Assembly (NCBI GenBank): GCA_051599415.1
Contig: AP039695.1
Span: 496,001 to 560,000 of the forward strand
Direction of reading: 5' to 3'
Source of the DNA: Savitreella phatthalungensis
Taxonomy: Eukaryota
DNA: 64,000 nucleotides
Shown here piece after piece: positions 43,868-54,849 of the stretch. Position numbers and translations under genes: made by a program. Below the pieces are notes generated by a model, which worked only from the letters and a program-made list of their open reading frames with translations, was not told the DNA's origin and did no database searches. Position 1 is the first letter of the stretch; every line of letters starts with the position of its first letter.

Positions 43868-46258
43868 ATGCCTGTGACCGCCGAGGACGTGGCAATGGCG
43901 GCACATCAATATGCTGATGAGAAGGCTCAAGGTGGACATGAGCATCCTGAACGGAAGAGTGCAACAAGCAAGCTCCTGCACGCATTGAAACTTATCGGTC
44001 TTACGGCAGTCTGCTTGACAGCCCTCTCCGGTCTGGCACCTGCTTCCATCGCACCGAACTTCCCCTTCGATCGTACATCATCGTGCACTGCACGCATCGC
44101 TGAACTTGAGACACTCGGTGCGAAATTCTTGTCTAATCCGACCGTGAATGAGGCTCTCTTCATCGAGAATCCCACTTTCGATAGCCTCAATCGCTCCCTT
44201 TTCGACTACACGCGTCGCCCTCATCTTGCAGGAAACCACGAGCTCGCCAAATACACGCGGGACCGCTGGCTTGACGCTGGGCTACAGGACGTCGAGATCG
44301 TGCGCTATGATGTCCTGCTAAACTACCCGACCAACCGCTCGTCACTCACGCTATGGGCCGGAAAGCAGATTGAGTGGACGTCAAAGTTGAAGGAGGATCC
44401 TCTGCCAGAGGACGAGGGCTCAGAACAGGATGTGCCGTTTTTCCACGGCTATTCGAAGAATGGCTCCGCCTCCGGCAAGCTTGTGTATCTCAATTACGCA
44501 CGTCGGGAGGACTTTGACATGCTCGTAGAGCTGCAGGTTGACTTGAAGGGCAAAGTCGGCATTGCTCGCTATGGTAAATCCTTCAGGGGTATCAAGGTCG
44601 AGCTGGCTGAAAAGCACGGCATGTCTGGTATCTTGCTCTACGACGATCCTAGCGAAGATGGCGAGATCACTGTCGAGAATGGCTATGAGGCGTATCCGAA
44701 TGGTCCAGCACGCAATCCTAGCGCGGTCCAGCGTGGCTCTGTTCAGGCACTCTCGCTCGCTCCGGGAGACCCGACGACCCCCGGCTACGCATCAATCCCA
44801 GGCGCTGAGCGCAAAGACCCCAAACATGCGATCCCAGGCATCCCATCTTTGCCCATCAGCGGCAATGACGCGCAGTTTTTGCTCAGAACCCTCAATGGTC
44901 CAGGCGAGCCGATTCCGGACTTCGTCGGAGGCTTCAGCGGCGTCGACTACAATGCAGAGTCGCTGACATCGCCGTTCGAAGTTCGATTTGACAATGTCGT
45001 TGACTACGACATTCGTCCTATCTACAACGTGATCGCCCGCGTCAGAGGACACTGGGACGATTTGGTCGTGCTCGGTAATCATCGAGATGCGTGGGTGCGA
45101 GGCGCTAGTGATCCTAATTCCGGCAGCACTGCTCTGGACTCCGTGGCAGACACGCTCGGTTCGCTCACCTCGACTGGCTTCGTGCCCTTACGCTCGATCA
45201 TCCTGGCTTCATGGGATGCCGAGGAGTATGGACTCGTGGGCAGTACCGAATGGGTCGAGGAGCATGCCGACGAGCTCAACGAGAAGGGTGCAGTGTACCT
45301 GAATGTCGACGTCGCGTCTTCGGGACAGCAGTTGCGAGTATCAGCAACGCCTCTCCTCTTCAGCGTCATTCACAACACAACAAAGCTTGTGCCTGCGCTT
45401 GAAGATGAGCATGGCGTCCCGGGCACGGCACCGAAGATCTCGTTGGCAGACACCTGGTCCGGCAAAATCTCTACCCTCGGCTCAGGTTCAGACTACACCG
45501 CCTTCCAGGACTTCATCGGCGTGTCATCGACCGACATCGGCTTCACGAGCAACAGGACCTCGCCGGCATACCACTACCACAGCCAGTATGACTCTCACCA
45601 TTGGTTGACAACGTTCGGTGACCCCGGTTTGAAGGCTTTGCAGGCGGCAACGCGTCTCTGGGGCGTCCTGGCGATCAAGCTTGCTGAGACGCCTGTCGTT
45701 GCATTGAATGCGACTCTGTACGGTACTGAGATTGTGCGGTACGTCAAAGAGCTCGGCCACATCTTACCACTGGAGCACGTCGACGGCGATGACAAGTCGC
45801 AGAAGAAAGGCCATCACAAAGGCAAGAAGGACAAGGACAAGAACGGAGACAAGGACAAGAAAAAGCACAAGCATGGACGAAAGCTGTACGGCAAGCTGGA
45901 GCGTGCCGCTTCTCACGTGGCTGAGTACGGTGTTGATCTTGACACGCGAGCGGCAGTGGCAAACGGTCGTGTTAAGGACTGGCCGAAGCTCTCTGCAGGC
46001 GAGCAGGAGGCTCTACTGCGAGAAATCGCTGGTCTGAACGAGGAATATCGTGCGCTGGAACGCGGTTTCCTAGACAAGAAGCACGGACTCCCAGGAAGAT
46101 CATGGTACAAGTCGCTGATATACGCTCCAGGCAGGTGGACAGGCTATGCAGGCGCAGTCTTCCCATCCATCGTCGAAGCAAGTCCGGCAGACGAAGTATG
46201 GCACGAAGTAGCTCGCGTCACCAAGCTGCTCAAGCATATCGGCCGCCCAAAAAACTGA
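43868..46258 (+). CDS. Glutamate carboxypeptidase II-like M28 peptidase (PA + TfR-dimerisation domains; Vps70/Tre family)
   Basis: First ATG 43868; type-II TM segment; SAVQRGSV, GDPTTPG, zinc ligands GNHRDAW, GASDPNSG, SWDAEEYG, YLNVD and YHYHS.YD; C-terminal GLPGRSWYK..IYAPG. Confidence 0.92.
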   Translation: MPVTAEDVAMAAHQYADEKAQGGHEHPERKSATSKLLHALKLIGLTAVCLTALSGLAPASIAPNFPFDRTSSCTARIAELETLGAKFLSNPTVNEALFIENPTFDSLNRSLFDYTRRPHLAGNHELAKYTRDRWLDAGLQDVEIVRYDVLLNYPTNRSSLTLWAGKQIEWTSKLKEDPLPEDEGSEQDVPFFHGYSKNGSASGKLVYLNYARREDFDMLVELQVDLKGKVGIARYGKSFRGIKVELAEKHGMSGILLYDDPSEDGEITVENGYEAYPNGPARNPSAVQRGSVQALSLAPGDPTTPGYASIPGAERKDPKHAIPGIPSLPISGNDAQFLLRTLNGPGEPIPDFVGGFSGVDYNAESLTSPFEVRFDNVVDYDIRPIYNVIARVRGHWDDLVVLGNHRDAWVRGASDPNSGSTALDSVADTLGSLTSTGFVPLRSIILASWDAEEYGLVGSTEWVEEHADELNEKGAVYLNVDVASSGQQLRVSATPLLFSVIHNTTKLVPALEDEHGVPGTAPKISLADTWSGKISTLGSGSDYTAFQDFIGVSSTDIGFTSNRTSPAYHYHSQYDSHHWLTTFGDPGLKALQAATRLWGVLAIKLAETPVVALNATLYGTEIVRYVKELGHILPLEHVDGDDKSQKKGHHKGKKDKDKNGDKDKKKHKHGRKLYGKLERAASHVAEYGVDLDTRAAVANGRVKDWPKLSAGEQEALLREIAGLNEEYRALERGFLDKKHGLPGRSWYKSLIYAPGRWTGYAGAVFPSIVEASPADEVWHEVARVTKLLKHIGRPKN

Positions 46259-48030
46259 GTTCACTAGCGAGAGTATGATGTAAATCAGTCAATCTATCGT
46301 CACATATTTGCGAATCCGAAGCGAGACATGTACAGTTAGGATCTGCAGGAAAATACTCCGATGAGACGAAATAAGATCCTAAAGGTAGTAGTGATCGTCG
46401 GTGGTGGTGGGATTCACGACTAACGCTTTCGCGCACGATTCAGGTCGAGAGCTTCTACGCGGTGGTACGATTTGGGCGGCAATCAAGCTTGAGACGGGCA
46501 ATATCGTCGATGATACGTAGACAAGCGCTGTCATATGCCTACTATCGGATGCTCGTCTCGATTGCCACACATAAGAGGACACGTTACGCCGGAGAATTTC
46601 TAATTCAATGTGACAATGAGGTAAAGTCAACGATAATTGCCCCACTCACTGTCTATAAAACGAGTTAATAATTTCGCATCTATAGCGACATCTTTTATTT
46701 TTGATGATGCCAAATGAGCAATGAGAGCTGCATATATATCGAAGAGATCGCCTTGTACAGGCGTTAAATACCACACATCTTCATACCTTTTGTATGATTC
46801 GTTGTTAGGCGCTTTGACGTCCAATTGTTCTGTCTTTGTCGTTGATCGAGTTTACTCTGGTCGTGCTTAGAGATTCCTGCCGCGTTGGGCTTTAGGTTGG
46901 TCTGAGATTCCAGCACTGTGCAATCTCAGCAAGGACTAGCACAGCCCGATAAGCACCCGGCAGACGTACCCAGGCTTCGCGTATGTTGAATTCTAGGTTT
47001 GAAAGCTAGCGTGGCTTGACAGACTATACTAGATTGGACTGGAGATTTGGCTCAGGGTGGAGCCTCAGAGCTCAAGCAGTAAAAAGTGAGAATAAGGACG
47101 TAAATCAATTCTGATCAGAGCTAGAAGGATAGATCCGATCAATAGGAATAATCCCTCCCTATCAGTCACTCATTGGGGGAGGCGCCCACAAATCCAGACT
47201 GGAACTGAATTCCAGCACTGCCATACATGCATTGATATCAATTGCGATTGAAACCAAGCCAATCTCTGTTACCTCAACTACATAGTGCTATGTATTCAAA
47301 AGAGATGCAAGCCACATTGTCCAAAACCTGCACATGCTTCTTCTGAGTCAAGTCAGACTTAACCTCACACACACCAAACAACCTCACAAAATCCAATGAT
47401 CGCAAAGAGAAGCACGCAAGCACTCTCATAGATTGTTCCAACAAAGTTCAATTTGGTTCCACTTCCAAGCCAACGTACTGTATACTGTACACGAACAAGA
47501 ATACTATAGGCGGTACGAACAACAAGACTATAGGCGGGAAATTTCAAAAGAAAAAAAGCCGAACGGCTACGGCAAAGACCAAGAACATTTAAAAATCTCT
47601 CCGCTATTTCAGTGTACTATACCGTCCACGTACCAATAAGTCCGATCACTCTCAACAAAAAAATCCCCCGTCGGCAGGCTGTCCACGATTACACACTGGG
47701 AGTACAATCTGATCAAACGCGTTCAGGTAGGCGTCATCTAAAGCGCTCGTCTTGTTCATCATCGTTCGTCTCTCAAAGGTATTTGCAATCGAAAGCTTGG
47801 GAATCAAAGTCAACCTTCAGACAATCTTTAGAGAAAGACACACGCGTAGTTCGGCAATCTCCTATGAGTCTGTGACAGCTACTACCACGTCACCTATACA
47901 CAAGTCAATTGGGATATATCGACCGAAGCTAGAGGAATCCTCGAGAGACTCTACTTTCAACGCGCAAAGACCTCAACTTCTGCACCACGAAACACTTCCA
48001 TCTCCTGTGACCGACCCACGTCAAACAACC

Positions 48031-48855
48031 ATGACACAATCAATGCCAATTCAGCCTCCAACGCGGAAAACTTCAATCGGCGGTCCAAGTGCGACCACAC
48101 CAATCTCGACTGGGGCTGCGGCGCCCACAACTCGCTCAGGAAGGCGAGTGTCGATGTCGAGTGATCGCCTGGGCTTAGGAAGCTTGAGTGAGCGCGGGAC
48201 GCCCACATTCTCGCCATATCCACAATCCCTACCGACCTCGCAGACGCTCAAGAAGGACGGATCATCTGACGGCTCTTCCGCAGGTGGCAACACGCCGCTC
48301 GTCTTGAAGAAGAAAGCGCGAAGACCATCAGAGCTTGCAGCAGTCCTTTGCCAGCACTGCGGCAAGAATTATAAGCACCAGCAGTGTCTAGTGAAGCACT
48401 TGTGGGAGCACTCTCCGTACTGGACGACCATTCCGGAGACCTCACAACCATTGAGTAAGCATCAGCGTGTGCAATTGCTCGAGGGAGCATCGATTCTGTT
48501 CAAGATGGGGTCTCCTGGGGGCAATGAAGGTGGCGTCACAGATCCCACTGCTATCGCCGGGTCCTCACTTGCCGGCACGTCCGTCGGCGCCGGCGCAGGC
48601 TTGTTCAATGGCCCACCTGGCATCTCACCCTCGCCATTCGGGACATCTGCCTCACTCAAGATTGAGTCTACCGCAGCCGGCGTGCTCGAGGACGATGATG
48701 ATGAGGATGACGACGAGGACGACGACGATGAAGACGATGAAGACTCTTCTCCAGGTCCCACCAATTCATCTAGCCCTGGCAGACAGGACGACGACGAGAT
48801 GCGGGATACTGCGGACGATACTGAAGAAGGCATTTTTGGCAAAATGGAGCAGTAG
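48031..48855 (+). CDS. Single C2H2 zinc-finger protein with acidic tail
   Basis: CQHCGKNYKHQQCLVKHLWEHSPYW...LSKHQRVQLLEGASIL is a recognisable conserved fungal motif. First in-frame ATG at 48031. Confidence 0.8.
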   Translation: MTQSMPIQPPTRKTSIGGPSATTPISTGAAAPTTRSGRRVSMSSDRLGLGSLSERGTPTFSPYPQSLPTSQTLKKDGSSDGSSAGGNTPLVLKKKARRPSELAAVLCQHCGKNYKHQQCLVKHLWEHSPYWTTIPETSQPLSKHQRVQLLEGASILFKMGSPGGNEGGVTDPTAIAGSSLAGTSVGAGAGLFNGPPGISPSPFGTSASLKIESTAAGVLEDDDDEDDDEDDDDEDDEDSSPGPTNSSSPGRQDDDEMRDTADDTEEGIFGKMEQ

Positions 48856-49455
48856 TCAGATCTTCCCACATCGCCGCCGTACAACAACACACAGAAACAA
48901 TGCGAGGAATATAGCGGACAGTACGGACCTTGGATGGCCAAGAAAAGGCATTTCGCAGGTGCGAGACTTCAAGGTCTCAACACAGGCGTTGTATTCTTCT
49001 TAAAGTCTTATCTTCAATCAAACTCTTTACAAATACAGCGCTGCCTCGTCAGCATCATCTCGTCTTACATACAAAGTGTCGCAGCAGATCGCTCAATCCT
49101 GCTTGATCCTGCCAGCTCGCCGTGTCTTTGAAATGTCGATCAATACTTGACACCACCCGCTTTCCAGGTTGACCGCCTCAATGACTTTTGATTCGAAGAT
49201 GTATTGATCGGTGCACGGGGAGTCTCGTTTAGATATTGAATCTGGACGGTGTCAAATTCAAAAACTCTTCAGCAATTGGACAAGTAGCCGAGAGCTAGCC
49301 GCCCATGACATCAATTGCAGTGATCTTCTCGCATTCACGCGTCTATCCACACTCTTACCACGCATCCTCTTTCATCGATTGAGCCAATTGTATATAGAGC
49401 CTGGCTTCCGCCTCCTTGAGAGTGTCCATCATTCACCTCGCGGATCTTTGAGACA

Positions 49456-50424
49456 ATGGGTGGTGAGAATAAGAAGTATGAAGGTGTGCTGACGGCATTC
49501 CCGGTGGAGTCTATCCGGCCACAGACTCAGGGTCCTGACAAACAAGAGAAGACTGGTGAGCAGACGCCTGGACTGGATGCGAAGATGGAGCCAGCGGCGA
49601 TCTGGACCAGGTTCGAGGAGTGGGATAGCAATGGCAAGCCATATCTGCGCGACTACACCCCAGGCGGCAGGCTCAAAGGCAAATCTGCGCTCATCACGGG
49701 CGGCGATTCTGGCATTGGTCGAGCGGTCGCCATGCTCTTTGCCCTCGAAGGGTGTGATGTCACGATCTCGTACCTGGAGGAGGAGAAGGAGGATGCAGAG
49801 CAGGTGAAGAAGTACTTTGATAAGCTCGGGCGCAAGTGTGTGCTTTTCTCTGGCGATTTGCGCGAGAGGAAGAACTGCGATGCCCTTGTCGACAAGCACC
49901 TCTCAGAATTTAATGGCCGGATCGATGTCCTTGTCAACAATGCTGCTCGGCAGTCGATGTCGTACAAGTTTGAGGAGATTGACTTGGACGATGTCGAATC
50001 AACCTTCAGGCTCAACATCCTCGCCATGTTTGCCATCACGAAAAACGCGTTGCCGCACATGCGACGGGGCGGGTCCATCATCAACTCGACTTCGGTGGCG
50101 GCGTACATGACAAATCCGACGCTGGTCGATTACTCGTCGACAAAGGCTGCCATCATGGGCTTCACCAAGGCACTCGCACTCCAGCAGGCAGAGAAGGGTA
50201 TCCGTGTCAATGGCATCGCTCCAGGCATCATCTACACTCCACTCCAGCCGGCATCGAATCCATCAGAGAACATGCAAGCGCTCGGAAAGGACGAGTGCCC
50301 ACTCGGCAGACCAGGCATGCCGTCCGAGGTCGCCTGCTGGTACGTCTTCCTCGCAGCCGCAGAGGGCTCTTACATGACTGGTCAAGTGATCCATCCCAAT
50401 GGTGGCATCGAGGTCCAGTCCTAG
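49456..50424 (+). CDS. Short-chain dehydrogenase/reductase (glucose/ribitol dehydrogenase-like, general-stress type)
   Basis: ITGGDSGIGRAVA, DVLVNNAA, catalytic YSSTK, GIRVNGIAPG.I.TP and GQVIHPNGG. Confidence 0.93.
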   Translation: MGGENKKYEGVLTAFPVESIRPQTQGPDKQEKTGEQTPGLDAKMEPAAIWTRFEEWDSNGKPYLRDYTPGGRLKGKSALITGGDSGIGRAVAMLFALEGCDVTISYLEEEKEDAEQVKKYFDKLGRKCVLFSGDLRERKNCDALVDKHLSEFNGRIDVLVNNAARQSMSYKFEEIDLDDVESTFRLNILAMFAITKNALPHMRRGGSIINSTSVAAYMTNPTLVDYSSTKAAIMGFTKALALQQAEKGIRVNGIAPGIIYTPLQPASNPSENMQALGKDECPLGRPGMPSEVACWYVFLAAAEGSYMTGQVIHPNGGIEVQS

Positions 50425-50587
50425 CCACAAGACTCACGCTTGCCTTCCACACCTTGATCTCAATGAAGTATGATTATATATTCCAATTCAACGTCCACTG
50501 CCACTTCTTTCACTTTCTCCAAACCTCTTCTAGATCGTGTAGTTGTCGTTCAAATCGCGTGCAGACTTTGACTCCCGATCTGCTTGA

Positions 50588-50911
50588 TCAAGCGAAGAAC
50601 AGTCTCAGGAGCTCGAACGTGAATGAGCCAAAGATGAGCAGAGCGATCAGCCCAATGACGAACTTTTGCGTCGATGACTTTCGAATTGTAGCTCCAGCGT
50701 TTTTGTCCTCTCCTTTTCCTGCAGCTCCGCCGGCGACACGACGACGACGAGCGGCACGCCGCAGATTATCGTCGACCTCTTCGTCGCTATTGGGTTCCTT
50801 GCCCGTCACAGGCGACAGTGCAGCCCGATCAGCCTCACTCTTCCCGCGACGCGCCGACTGTGCAGCGGCAAATTTAGCATTCGCCTGTCTCTGAGCCGGT
50901 GTCTGAACCAT
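50588..50911 (-). CDS. ysy6: RAMP4/SERP1/Ysy6 ribosome-associated ER membrane protein, with internal insertion
   Basis: MVQTPAQRQANAKF N-terminus and a C-terminal TM segment (IGLIALLIFGSFTFELLRLFF). Confidence 0.78.
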   Translation of the reverse strand: MVQTPAQRQANAKFAAAQSARRGKSEADRAALSPVTGKEPNSDEEVDDNLRRAARRRRVAGGAAGKGEDKNAGATIRKSSTQKFVIGLIALLIFGSFTFELLRLFFA

Positions 50912-51296
50912 CTTCGGCCTTTTACTTTCCAGACGGATCTGTACAATTCTGATAACGCTACCTTTCAAGGTGTCGCGTGTCCTGTACCGTCTCCGCCTCC
51001 AGTGTTTACCTTATTCGTTCGCCCCCGTGCTTGACTGGACGTGTCGATCAATAGAGAGTCCACGATCGTTTGACTGCTCTAAGAGAATCAGTCAATCACC
51101 GCAGTGAAAGTTAGGACGAACGGAGGCGCGAATCTGAATTGAAAAGTCGGTGGATAAAATAGTGGAGTGTTTGAGTAGATCGGATGCACGGATCAGTCGA
51201 GTGATGGAATTAGGTCAACCGAGAGGGACAAAAAGACCGAAACCTCTTTCCTGTGTCACAACAGGTTAGACAAGATCAAGGTTGGAAGCCAGGATC

Positions 51297-51551
51297 ATGA
51301 GGCCATCGGTATTGCTCAGAAATGCTGCTGCTCATCAACAACATGGTCAGCAGAAGCCAATCTCGCCACACGTCGGCTTCTACAAGATGTACGGTCGTCC
51401 TCTGACGAGGGTGCTTCTGATGACGAGTATCACGTACTACGGCCTTCACTGGGTCTGGTGGGCGCTTGAAATGGAATCTGTTGAGAAAGATAAGCAGTCC
51501 AAGATAGAACAGCTGTCCGAGCAGCTCGGTGACGCGGTCTCGAAGCGCTGA
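51297..51551 (+). CDS. Small single-pass mitochondrial inner-membrane protein (Ina17-like)
   Basis: Presequence-like MRPSVLLRN; SPHVGFYKMYGRPL..V.L...TY..L.W.W..LE, then a short coiled coil. Confidence 0.6.
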   Translation: MRPSVLLRNAAAHQQHGQQKPISPHVGFYKMYGRPLTRVLLMTSITYYGLHWVWWALEMESVEKDKQSKIEQLSEQLGDAVSKR

Positions 51552-51587
51552 GGCTGCACGTCGATCAATATTACTAGAGGGGGGCTG

Positions 51588-52541
51588 CTATTCAGCTTGT
51601 GTATTCTCAGGCAAGGTGGAGTTCTCTGGATCTTCGCCTTCGCTCCCATCGATATCCAAGACCTGGGAGACATACGCTTGCAGATCCTCTACGAGTCGAT
51701 CGCGCTCGATCGTCCGGCGTGCCGTGGCAGCTCCGAGTCTGGATACGTCGTCCGCGAAAGAGACCAGGTGATCGAGCCTGCGTGCGTTGAAAACATGCAG
51801 GAGCTCCAGTCTTCGGTTCAGTTCTCCAGCTCTATCACCTTGTCAGTCAGTTCCGAGATCGGGCTTTGACACAACCTACACAGCTTGACCGAGGACTGTA
51901 TTTCGCTGCCGAAGCAACAGGGTCACCTCACCGATGCGCTCGCTGTATGCTGATTGCAGTGCCTGCAGAGCCTGCTCGTTCTTGCGCACGAATTGCTCTG
52001 TCGAGTGATGTCAGTCCATCACGAACATCTGGGAGTTCAGGGCATGCAAACGGGCTGGCATACCTTTCAAATGGTTCAACTGATGCTCGACACCCTGGAG
52101 CAGCTCATGCGTACTGCCAGATCGGTATTTGTCCGCTCTGCTCTGACGATTCGAGATGTCGATCCCTAAACCGAGCTCAGCCGGGGCACTAGCGACAGAT
52201 TTTGGCGAACGATCCACAGGCCTCCCACGCGCTTCTGCAATTCCGGGTGACAGAAGTTGTGCCTGTCGCCGACGGCGAGCGCTGCTGCCACTGGTACCAC
52301 CACCACGGTCAACCGATGCACGACGCTTGCGAGAGTTTCCACTGACACCGACCATTCCAGCTTCCGAGCTAGGTGCTCGCGTTGGTGACCTGGTCAATTC
52401 GTCTTCGGGACCAGCATCGTCTTTGCCCTTCGACCCAACTTCATCCTCCTCATCTTCACTCTCGTAGACAGCCCCAAAATAGCGCAACGGAATTGCTCCA
52501 AAAGAGCCATCCCGTCTAGGTTCTTGTGCGCCTGGAGGCAT
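51588..52541 (-). CDS. Three-exon hypothetical protein, 279 aa: disordered N-terminal half, C-terminal coiled coil. Exons 52541-52064, 51997-51880, 51831-51588
   Basis: Intron 1 (52063-51998, 66 nt): GTATGC...CTGAC...CAG. Intron 2 (51879-51832, 48 nt): GTAGGT...CTGAC...TAG. Removing both gives a continuous frame ending ...LPENTQAE-TAG. The start codon is tentative. Confidence 0.72.
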
Positions 52542-52826
52542 GACAGCTCTTCAGAAAATGAAGATCTCGATAAATCGAATGGGAGCACCCTGCAATTAGG
52601 GTCTCCTGGTCGACTATGATAGACACGAAACGTCTCTAAAGTAGGGAATTGCGTCTCTGCAACCCGACTCCTCAGTCATGCGTCTCCTGTAATGTATGTG
52701 TACATGTGATCGTCTGGCTGAATGATACGTCACGCCACGTGGCCATCAATCATCTAGGCAATGGGTCATCTCCCTTCATAAATATGTTGTCCTATATACA
52801 TTTGCCGTGCGCAGTCCCGGCAAGGA

Positions 52827-53726
52827 TCACGTCGACCTCACACCGAGCACCTGCGCAAGCTGAACTGCATCTAGTCTACCACCCTGCTTCGCTCGTTGAT
52901 ATTTGGCTCTGTGGGCGAACCTGCCATGTACTGTCGGCGTCGAGGCGCCGCTCGTGGGCGTCTCCGTCCCACTCACAGTGGCAGGCACAGGCGATACTCT
53001 AGCCACAGAAGAATCGTCATCGTCCTCAAGTACCATCCTCTCCTCTGTCGTCTTCAAATTCTTCTTCTTCTTATCTTTCTTCAACACCTTTGACCCAGCG
53101 TCCTTGGCGGCTCGCTTTGCAGCTCGTGCTTCCCGCCGCTCTGCACGAGCGGCTTTTCTCAATTTCCGCTCAGCCTTCAGTCGCTGCTTCAGCTCCTTCT
53201 CGGTCTCGCCATGCTGTGTCTCTGTCTGCACCGCGACAGGACTTGACTTGCCAGCAGCCGGAGACGGCCCTTCTTTCAGGCCGAGCTGCTTGTAAAATGT
53301 CCGCTTGGACATCTCTGAGGTGTACGTCTCGCCGAGGACAAATCTAGCACGCAGACCAGCTCGACCACTACCGTCTGCAAACTTGGCCATCTTGACAAAC
53401 GAAATCGGCCGGTCATCGTCGGCCGCATCTTTCGGCGGGGGCGTGCCTGCATTGACTCGGGTGAAGATGTCGTTGAAGGCCTGCAGACCAGACCATTCCT
53501 GTGCGTGTGCAGGTGCACAGCCAAGGCCAGCGACATCATCCACATCGCGGAAACGCTGCCGGATGTTGTCAGTCCGGCCGGCGACACTGCCACCCAGTCC
53601 TGATCCTGGCACCCATCCTTGAGCAGCTAGTAGCCGGTAGCCCGTTCGGGAAGTATCGTCCGCCCAGCGCGTATTCCGAGGATCCAGCTGGATCCGCGTA
53701 TTCTTCTTGACGCCAGCGAGACCCAT
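52827..53726 (-). CDS. pxr1: G-patch protein Pxr1/PinX1
   Basis: MGLAGVKK...DPRNTRWADD, G-patch G.RLL..QGW.PGSGLG...GLG, and a Lys-rich C-terminal region. Confidence 0.92.
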   Translation of the reverse strand: MGLAGVKKNTRIQLDPRNTRWADDTSRTGYRLLAAQGWVPGSGLGGSVAGRTDNIRQRFRDVDDVAGLGCAPAHAQEWSGLQAFNDIFTRVNAGTPPPKDAADDDRPISFVKMAKFADGSGRAGLRARFVLGETYTSEMSKRTFYKQLGLKEGPSPAAGKSSPVAVQTETQHGETEKELKQRLKAERKLRKAARAERREARAAKRAAKDAGSKVLKKDKKKKNLKTTEERMVLEDDDDSSVARVSPVPATVSGTETPTSGASTPTVHGRFAHRAKYQRAKQGGRLDAVQLAQVLGVRST

Positions 53727-54264
53727 CTGAACGACGTCGCAGCGCTAGACAGAGGAACAATCGGTCTGTTAATAGATCCAGGAACCTTTTAGCCCTGGCC
53801 TTCCTCGTGTGCTCGACACATTTCAAACACAGGATCACAGTTTTTTTGTTATTTGATCTGTCGATCGATCGATCAATGTCACATTTCATCCCTCAAATGC
53901 GGTTTACGGGCGCGCTTGAATGCCATCTAGGCGTGGGTAATGGATACTCGACTTGTGCGTGCTAGGCGCTCTCTGCGGCCCATGATTATAGGATGCATAT
54001 ACGCCGTCAGACGTCCCACAGAGGTTTTACGCCTTTGTTTACGATTGTCCATTCCCACACACTCACTCGCTCAGTCGCTTGCCACGATCAGTCGTTCTTG
54101 GTTGAATCATTCAGTCATGCTAATGCCAGTGCAAAGATAAGATAAGAACGTAAGGAAATGCCCAAGCTGCAAGTGTCCACAGCGTGGTGTCCAAGAATTT
54201 TGGCATCTCGAGCATAGCCCCATATGTGTTAGGGTGCAGTTCGATGTTGCCCATCGAGCGACGC

Positions 54265-54849
54265 TCAGACACCTTCGAATTCGAGGATCGGCTCACCAAC
54301 CTCGACAATTTCCGGTATTGTGCATTTAAGCTCAAAAGCCTTTGCGAGGATGATCTTGAAGATCTTTTGGATGTTGATGGTATGTGAGGTCGAGCAGAAG
54401 ACCAAAGGCGCACGCATTGCCTTTGCGTACTTCCGTGCATGCCGTGTGACCTCTTCCTGATCTTCAGCAGGCAAGTTCACAAAATTGTCGTACTTTGTGC
54501 CGATGAGAAACGGGATTGCATGCTTGTTGAAGCCTCTCGCTTGCCTGTACCACTCCTTGATAGAGTTCAGCGTCGACTTCCGGCACAGGTCAAACATGAA
54601 CAGCAACGCCACCGCATCATTACACACAAGCGGAAGCATATTGGTGAATTCCCGCTGGCCTCCGAGATCCCAGATGCTGAATGTGATTTGTGTATCGCGC
54701 AATGTGATGCTCTTCTCCATGAAATTAACGCCAAGCGTCTGCAGGTACTCCTCGTCGAAGATCCCGTCCACGTATTTCACCATCAGCGACGTCTTGCCGA
54801 TCTGCGAATCGCCCAGCATTCCGACCTTGATCACCAAGTCGTCATCCAT
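54265..54849 (-). CDS. spg1: Septum-promoting GTPase Spg1/Tem1
   Basis: IKVGMLGDSQIGKTSLMVKYV, QTLGVNFMEK, WDLGGQREF.NMLPLVCNDA and GTKYD; first ATG at 54849. Confidence 0.96.
   Translation of the reverse strand: MDDDLVIKVGMLGDSQIGKTSLMVKYVDGIFDEEYLQTLGVNFMEKSITLRDTQITFSIWDLGGQREFTNMLPLVCNDAVALLFMFDLCRKSTLNSIKEWYRQARGFNKHAIPFLIGTKYDNFVNLPAEDQEEVTRHARKYAKAMRAPLVFCSTSHTINIQKIFKIILAKAFELKCTIPEIVEVGEPILEFEGV

Noticed and set aside
46627..46824. AT-rich 65-aa minus-strand ORF as a gene relic
   Set aside because: No ATG start, bounded by stops, and no recognisable family.
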